NCBI GenBank assembly: GCA_028287685.1 | Contig: JAQBPE010000080.1 | Coordinates: 1 to 63,687 of the forward strand | Length of the DNA: 63,687 nucleotides | Source: Cyanobacteria bacterium RYN_339 | GTDB taxonomy: Bacteria > Cyanobacteriota > Sericytochromatia > S15B-MN24 > JAQBPE01 | Direction: 5' to 3' | Notes under the pieces: generated by a model | The model's database searches: none | The model's input: the letters and a program-made list of their open reading frames with translations, nothing else | What the model was told of the DNA's origin: nothing | In this document: positions 58,169 to 63,687 of the stretch, in pieces | Position numbering within the stretch: position 1 is the stretch's first letter | Layout of the letters: each line of letters starts with the position of its first letter | Program-made: the position numbers and the translations under genes

Positions 58169-58801
58169 ATGGCCGAAAAGGGTACCTGTCAGTGTTGCGG
58201 TGAAGAAAAGGTCCTGAACGAGCGGTTGTTGTGTGCCAACTGCCGCACGGCCCAACTCTGTGCCGTCCATGACGACCTCCTGACCATGCAACGCTGTGCC
58301 TTCTGCCGCAAACCTGCGTGCGCCTATTGCGTGGCCGACAGGCTCTGCCAGGCCTGTCGGGACGAGGGGCACGAGGCACCCGAGCGAGTGGTCAAGGTCA
58401 AGAAAGAAGCGGCCAACGCCGATGATCTTGCCCAGCGGAAGAAGCTGATCAAGTTGGGAGCCGTGCTGGTGGTGGCGATGGCCGCTAACTATTGGTTCTT
58501 TATCGGTGGGCCGCCATCACCGGCGGACGTCTGCAAGGCTCGCCTCGAGACGGCTCAGGGCATCACCATGTCCTACATGATTCACCACCGCAACCCGCCC
58601 AAGACCTTGTCGGAAATTCGCATGGTGGCCAAGGCCGAGAAAATGGTCCTGCCGCTGATGATCCCGGCAGGCTGCCGGCCGATCCCGGGCGCCGTGGTCT
58701 ACAGCTTCGACGGGAAGCAGTACAGCTTTACGACCTACACCGACGAAGGAAAGGTCTTCACGGCGATCAATGGCAAGCCGATGGTGATGACGGTTCCTTG
58801 A
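58169..58801 (+). CDS. Cys-rich zinc-finger (B-box-like) plus TM plus pilin-like C-terminal domain
   Basis: Six CxxC/CxxH-type motifs, one TM helix, then a helix and beta strands reminiscent of a pseudopilin body. Confidence 0.6.
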   Translation: MAEKGTCQCCGEEKVLNERLLCANCRTAQLCAVHDDLLTMQRCAFCRKPACAYCVADRLCQACRDEGHEAPERVVKVKKEAANADDLAQRKKLIKLGAVLVVAMAANYWFFIGGPPSPADVCKARLETAQGITMSYMIHHRNPPKTLSEIRMVAKAEKMVLPLMIPAGCRPIPGAVVYSFDGKQYSFTTYTDEGKVFTAINGKPMVMTVP

Positions 58802-58802
58802 G

Positions 58803-59435
58803 CTAGTTGCCCTGGTTCGAGGCCTTGGCCACCAAGACGCTTGCGCGCCGGGCCTTTCCGCCACCGTAGATCACATAGGTCTGGCTGCCCGAATCGTAGT
58901 CGTAGAGCAAGGCGCCGTACCGGTCCATGTTGGCGGAGTTGGGCGGCGAGTCCGGGACGATGCCGGAGCCGGCAAGCTGCGTACCCAACTCGGTCATCGC
59001 AATCCCGCTTGAAACGTCCGCCGCGGTGGGCAGCCCAGTGTTCGCGCCTATGCCCACCCGGTACATGGCGCCGAAGATGGCCTGTGAGAGGCCTGGCTGG
59101 GCCCAGGGGGAGACGGGGATCTTGCCGCCCGGCAAGTAAGGATCGAACTTGTCCGTAGCGGTGACTGCGAACGCCCCGTTATAGGTGGTTGTTGGCTGTA
59201 AGAAGCCGCCCGGGTAAGAGCCCCGGTAGTCGGAGGCGTACTGTTCAACCGCGGTCTGCAGCAACTTGACGTTTCCCTGGACTTTGGCGTTGCGCGCCTT
59301 GTCCATGGCCATCGAAAAACTGGGCATCGCGACCGACGCCAGGATGCCGATGATGACAACGACCACCAGCAACTCGATTAGCGTGAAGCCTGCCCGCTTG
59401 GTGCAGGGCTTGCCTGTGGTTTGCCTCACAAACAT
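58803..59435 (-). CDS. Type IV pilin/pseudopilin
   Basis: Prepilin motif KRAG|FTLIELLVVVVIIGILASVAMP. Confidence 0.92.
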   Translation of the reverse strand: MFVRQTTGKPCTKRAGFTLIELLVVVVIIGILASVAMPSFSMAMDKARNAKVQGNVKLLQTAVEQYASDYRGSYPGGFLQPTTTYNGAFAVTATDKFDPYLPGGKIPVSPWAQPGLSQAIFGAMYRVGIGANTGLPTAADVSSGIAMTELGTQLAGSGIVPDSPPNSANMDRYGALLYDYDSGSQTYVIYGGGKARRASVLVAKASNQGN

Positions 59436-59575
59436 TTCAGTCTACCCCCCTGGTAAAGTTGATCGTTACATGCCCGCGATCTGGCGAAGGCAAACGTGGG
59501 TCGATCCGCCATCTGGCCTACCGGGTATAACATGGACAGTGTCCGGAGCCTTGGGCCGGGTGGCGCGGGAGCGCA

Positions 59576-61219
59576 ATGAAGTTCCATAAACCAACCCTAG
59601 CCAAGTTGACCATCATCGCCGGCCTGGCGCTGCTTTCGGCCGGCGGCTGTGCCGTGCAGGCGCCGCCCCTCGGGACATTGGAGGTCTCCAGCCGCGCGTC
59701 CGTCCCGGCCACGGTGACTCCCCTCCCGTTGCCGGCCGGTCAACCGCAACGGCTGCGGATCCAGCTGGATACCCCCGCCCGCGCCCGGCACGTGATGGAC
59801 CTGCCCGCCAGCTGGGACGTTGCGAACGTAACGTTCAATTCGCCCACGAAGCTGACGGCGCCTAGCGTCATTCAGATCCCGTTTGCCTCCTTCGTGCAGT
59901 CGGCCCCCCCTGCCCCCTTCATCTTTACCTTCACTGGCGATGATCTGTCCGACCCAGTACTGCCGCCGTTGCGCCCGGGGACGGACTATAACCTGATGGC
60001 GGATCTCGAGACGTCGTCACCGTTGGCATTGGAGGCTTACGGAATCGTGCCTGGCGCCCAAACCATCGATGCCGGGCCGAATTCCTTCATCATCACGCTC
60101 AAGCCCACGGGCAACCAGGGCAGCGAGATCCCGATCAGCACGGCCGCCGGCAACCAGACGAGCCCGGCACTTGCTTATGACACCAACAACGATCAGCAAT
60201 TGGTCGTCTGGGCTGACGCGGGAAGTATCCTCGCCGCCATGGTGGACAACCTCGGCAACACGGTTCCGGGCATCACCGTGTGCGCCTCCGGCACTGCCAG
60301 CGCCCCCACGGTGGCCTACAACCGGACGGCGGACGCGTTCATGGTGGCCTGGGCCGATACCCGCAATGGCCACAGCGACATTTACTACAACACCGTTTCC
60401 ACCGGCGGCGCGCCGGGCACGGAGGCGCCGCTCGACCACACGGGCGGCCATACGATCGCGGAGACCCAGCCCAACCTGGTGTCGGCGGCCGGGGCGGACC
60501 GTTTCCTGCTCTCTTGGGTGGACAACCGCAACAACGCCACCAGCGGCCGGGACATCTTCGCCTACCGCATCGCCTCCAGCGGCGCCCTGTCCGCGTTGAT
60601 CTCCGTGGCTGTCTCGGCTGGCGTCACGGATCAACTCCGGCCGATCGGCTGCTACGCGGCCACGCTGGACCGCTTCGTGGTCGGCTTCGAGGACAGTGGG
60701 GACCTGCGCTTCCAGCGCATCAACGCCGTCGACGGCGCCATCCTCGATGGCGCCATGGGGTCTTCGCTGACGGCTGCCACTGGCACCCAGGACCAACTCT
60801 CGCTTGCCTTCAATAACAAGGACGCGCTGGTGCTAGCCGCCTGGCGCGACGGCCGCGCCGCCCCCACCCAGGTTTATTACGCCGTGGTGGATCCCGCTGC
60901 GGGCACGTTGGCCCTTCCGGACACCGCCCTCACCAGCGGTACCGCTACGGCGGGCTACCCCCAGGCGGGTTTCGGCGTCGGGCACGGGGACTATGCCATC
61001 CTCTTCCAGGATAACCGCACCGCTGGCCAACATGACCTGTTCCTTCGTCGCTTCAAGCTTGACGGTGTAACGACCTATGGCGAGAAGACGATTTCCATCG
61101 TGGCGGGGAATCAGCGGCCCACTGGCCTGGTCTTCGCTGCAACGGCCGATCAGTTCATGGCCACCTGGGAAGATGACCGAGGCCCGGACACCGACGTCTA
61201 CGGGCAGTTCCTGCGCTGA
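59576..61219 (+). CDS. Lipoprotein with the shared N-terminal domain and a propeller-like WxDxR repeat region
   Basis: AGGC lipobox; six or seven repeats of P.LA....F.V.WxDxR..DIY. Confidence 0.7.
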   Translation: MKFHKPTLAKLTIIAGLALLSAGGCAVQAPPLGTLEVSSRASVPATVTPLPLPAGQPQRLRIQLDTPARARHVMDLPASWDVANVTFNSPTKLTAPSVIQIPFASFVQSAPPAPFIFTFTGDDLSDPVLPPLRPGTDYNLMADLETSSPLALEAYGIVPGAQTIDAGPNSFIITLKPTGNQGSEIPISTAAGNQTSPALAYDTNNDQQLVVWADAGSILAAMVDNLGNTVPGITVCASGTASAPTVAYNRTADAFMVAWADTRNGHSDIYYNTVSTGGAPGTEAPLDHTGGHTIAETQPNLVSAAGADRFLLSWVDNRNNATSGRDIFAYRIASSGALSALISVAVSAGVTDQLRPIGCYAATLDRFVVGFEDSGDLRFQRINAVDGAILDGAMGSSLTAATGTQDQLSLAFNNKDALVLAAWRDGRAAPTQVYYAVVDPAAGTLALPDTALTSGTATAGYPQAGFGVGHGDYAILFQDNRTAGQHDLFLRRFKLDGVTTYGEKTISIVAGNQRPTGLVFAATADQFMATWEDDRGPDTDVYGQFLR

Positions 61220-61251
61220 AAAGGGCCCCCACCTGACGGCGGGAGCCCTTT
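61220..61251. terminator. Probable bidirectional terminator between convergent genes
   Basis: AAAGGGC...GCCCTTT hairpin. Confidence 0.6.
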
Positions 61252-61264
61252 AAGTGTAGACGAC

Positions 61265-61516
61265 CTAGCGGGCCGGCGGCTCGTCGGGAGCAACCAGATC
61301 CAGGCTGACCTGGTGCTGGTGCTTGAGCGCCGCTGCCTTGACCAGGGTGCGTACGGCGTTGATCGTACGGCCCTTGTGGCCAATCACGCGACCCACGTCC
61401 AACTGGTTCACATGGACGGTGATCAGCGTGCGATCGCCCTCCGTCTGGGAGTCGATCACCACGTCCTCGGGGGCGGAGGCGATCGCCTTCAGGATGATTT
61501 CGGCGACTTGCTTCAT
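61265..61516 (-). CDS. khpA: KH-domain RNA-binding protein KhpA/YlqC
   Basis: DVGRVIGHKGRTINAVR; directly downstream of rpsP. Confidence 0.9.
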   Translation of the reverse strand: MKQVAEIILKAIASAPEDVVIDSQTEGDRTLITVHVNQLDVGRVIGHKGRTINAVRTLVKAAALKHQHQVSLDLVAPDEPPAR

Positions 61517-61523
61517 CTAGCCG

Positions 61524-61832
61524 CTACTCCGCGGCCTTCTTGGTCTTCTCGGGGGGCTTGGTGGTCTTAGGGTTCTGCTTGGCCGAAGCGGGCACTTCGA
61601 CGCCGGCGCGCGTCAACAACGTGATCATGGTCTCCGTCGGCTTGGCACCGTTGGAGATCCACTTCTTCGCCAGCTCCACATCAATGCGCAGCTCGGGCGG
61701 GTTGGACTGCGGATCGAAGAAGCCGATCTCCTCGATCACCGAGCCATCGCGACGGGTCTTGCTGTCCTGGACCACCAGGCGGTACTTGGGGCGCTTGATC
61801 GCGCCGATCCGCTTCATGCGAATCTTGACCAT
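61524..61832 (-). CDS. rpsP: 30S ribosomal protein S16
   Basis: MVKIRMKRIG..KRP.YRLVV.DS..RRDG..IEEIG..DP. Confidence 0.97.
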   Translation of the reverse strand: MVKIRMKRIGAIKRPKYRLVVQDSKTRRDGSVIEEIGFFDPQSNPPELRIDVELAKKWISNGAKPTETMITLLTRAGVEVPASAKQNPKTTKPPEKTKKAAE

Positions 61833-61891
61833 GGGTTCTTCTCCTTGAGGGTGTAGGGGGCGTTGAGGACGCTGTTGGGGGTTATCGCGAG

Positions 61892-63322
61892 TTACTTCTT
61901 GCCAAACGGATTGAAGCCCTTGGGCATGGGCGGCATCCCAAATGGTGGCATACCACCGGGCATTCCGCCACCCTGCTTCATCTGTTTCTCCATCTGCTTC
62001 TTCATGTGCTTGGGCATCGACTTCTGCATGTTGGAGAACTGCTTCATCATCTTGTTCATGTTGTCGAAGTCCTTGAGGAGCTTGTTGACCTCTTCGACCT
62101 TCGTGCCGGAGCCCTTGGAAATGCGGATCTTCCGGCTCATGTCCAGGATCTTGGGGTTGCGCCGTTCCTTGACGGTCATCGACGCGATGATGGTCTCGAA
62201 CTTCTTGAGGTGGCCCTCGCCCTGGGCCAAGACATCGTCCGTCAGGGCGGCCTTCAAGCCGGGGATGGGCAACATCTCGAGGATTTGCCCCATCGACCCG
62301 ATCTTCTTCATCTGGTTCAGCTGGTTCGCGAAGTCCTCCAGCGTGAACTCCGCCTTGCGCATCTTGGCTTCGAGCTCCTTGGCGTCTTCCAAGGAGATGG
62401 CGGCTTGCGCCTTCTCGATCAGCGTCAGGACGTCGCCCATGCCCAGGATGCGGGTAGCGATGCGCTCCGGGTGGAACGGCTCGAGGCCGTCCATCTTCTC
62501 GGAGGTGCCCATGAACTTGATGGGCTTGCCCGTGACCTGCCGGACGGACAGGGCCGCGCCGCCGCGGGTGTCGCCATCGAGCTTGGTCAGCACCACGCCC
62601 GTGAGCCCGAGCGCTTCATTGAAGGCTTGCGCGATGTTCACGGCGTCCTGGCCGGTCATGGCGTCCACCACCAGCAGGATCTCCTGCGGCTGCAGCGTGG
62701 TCTGGAGATCCTTGATCTCCTGCATCATCATCTCGTCCACGTGCAACCGGCCCGCGGTGTCGAAGATGATGTAGTTGTGGCTGTCCGCCTTGGCCTTGGC
62801 GAGCGCCTCCGTGGCGATCTTGACCGGGTTCTCCTGGCCCATCGCAAACACGGGGATGTCGATCTGCTTGCCGAGCGCCTGCAACTGGGCGATCGCGGCA
62901 GGGCGGTAGATGTCGCCGGCGACCAGCAGCGGGCGGTGGCCCTGCTTCTTCAACATGAGGCCCAGCTTGGCCGTCGTGGTGGTCTTGCCGGAGCCCTGCA
63001 GGCCGGCCATCAGGATGACGGTGGGGCCGGTGGGGTTCTTCTCCAGCGGGGCCCGCTCGCCGCCCATCAAGACGCAGAGCTCGTCATGCACGATCTTGAT
63101 GAAGCTCTGGCCCGGGTTCAGGCCCTTCTGGACGTCTTCGCCCAGCGCCTGTTCCTTGACCCTGGCCATGAAGGCCTTGACCACCCCGAGGTTCACGTCG
63201 GCTTCAAGCAGCGCACGGCGTACTTCGCGCAGGGCCTCGGAGATATTATCTTCCGTGAGCATTCCCTGGCCGCGAAGCTTGGCGAAAACGCCCTGGATCT
63301 TCTCGGAGAGTGATTCAAACAT
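61892..63322 (-). CDS. ffh: Signal recognition particle protein Ffh
   Basis: GLQGSGKTTT, DTAGR, TKLDGDTRGG, Met-rich M domain. Confidence 0.98.
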   Translation of the reverse strand: MFESLSEKIQGVFAKLRGQGMLTEDNISEALREVRRALLEADVNLGVVKAFMARVKEQALGEDVQKGLNPGQSFIKIVHDELCVLMGGERAPLEKNPTGPTVILMAGLQGSGKTTTTAKLGLMLKKQGHRPLLVAGDIYRPAAIAQLQALGKQIDIPVFAMGQENPVKIATEALAKAKADSHNYIIFDTAGRLHVDEMMMQEIKDLQTTLQPQEILLVVDAMTGQDAVNIAQAFNEALGLTGVVLTKLDGDTRGGAALSVRQVTGKPIKFMGTSEKMDGLEPFHPERIATRILGMGDVLTLIEKAQAAISLEDAKELEAKMRKAEFTLEDFANQLNQMKKIGSMGQILEMLPIPGLKAALTDDVLAQGEGHLKKFETIIASMTVKERRNPKILDMSRKIRISKGSGTKVEEVNKLLKDFDNMNKMMKQFSNMQKSMPKHMKKQMEKQMKQGGGMPGGMPPFGMPPMPKGFNPFGKK

Positions 63323-63364
63323 TTGTTAACCTGACGGGCAAGCGCTTTACCCGAACTTTGGGCC

Positions 63365-63393
63365 ATCATAACCGCCAGACCTTACGCTGTCAA
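63365..63393 (-). promoter_or_regulatory. sigma70 promoter of ffh
   Basis: TTGACA-17 nt-TATGAT. Confidence 0.8.
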
Positions 63394-63442
63394 ACGTTTG
63401 GGGGGGACTTGACACGCCCGGATCGCTACAGGTCAAGCGGCC

Positions 63443-63471
63443 TTGACGCTCTATAAGCACCGGCGTAAGAT
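63443..63471 (+). promoter_or_regulatory. sigma70 promoter of rpoB
   Basis: TTGACG-17 nt-TAAGAT. Confidence 0.75.
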
Positions 63472-63553
63472 GGTTGGTCTGCGATTTTTTCGCGCGATAT
63501 GTCCGTCTAAGCGGACCTACCGATGTCCCCAACATCGAACAAGGGTGGTGTGA

Positions 63554-63687
63554 ATGCCTCAACAGAATAAGCTCCGAGTGACCCCATATAGCGGTGTGAC
63601 CTCACTGGCCGAGAACCTTCCCGACCTGATCGAGATCCAGCGCAACTCCTTCCAGTGGTTCCTGGAAGAGGGGCTCAAAGAGGAGCT
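63554..63687 (+). CDS. rpoB: RNA polymerase beta subunit, 5' fragment
   Basis: Manual translation MPQQNKLRVTPYSGVTSLAENLPDLIEIQRNSFQWFLEEGLKEE; runs off the window. Confidence 0.9.
   Translation, partial: MPQQNKLRVTPYSGVTSLAENLPDLIEIQRNSFQWFLEEGLKEE

Noticed and set aside
63347-63562. 71-aa minus-strand ORF
   Set aside because: Spans the divergent ffh/rpoB promoters and shows no coding features.

Overview
High-GC bacterial chromosomal window. The cyanobacterial-type rpoB N-terminus, DUF1997, GHL10 and ferredoxin-MBL genes, together with a flagellar cluster, suggest a non-photosynthetic Cyanobacteriota relative such as Sericytochromatia (inference). Contents, left to right: (1) a signalling operon of hemerythrin-like protein, DUF3050, sensorless His kinase, GAF-SpoIIE phosphatase, STAS, RsbW-like kinase and pseudo-REC-GAF-GGEEF; (2) mnmG, two S8 lipoprotein proteases and glycosidases; (3) fliJ-fliK followed by a peroxiredoxin whose peroxidatic Cys codon is an in-frame TGA with a downstream SECIS-like hairpin (probable selenoprotein, missed by the ORF track), overlapping tail-to-tail an intact NrdD-like gene that has lost its catalytic cysteines; (4) a flagellar cluster with a FliF carrying a C-terminal FliG-middle-like domain and two short Pro-rich flagellins under a sigma28 promoter; (5) ygfZ, iscS, a KamA-family gene, lgt, recR and ybaB; (6) an ECF sigma factor with a triple zinc-finger anti-sigma; (7) a surface module with a type IV pilin, three paralogous lipoproteins, an AMIN-like repeat protein and a beta-barrel; (8) khpA-rpsP-ffh and the start of rpoB. 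No rRNA, tRNA, CRISPR array or IS element was recognised. All family calls come from motif recognition by eye, not database searches.
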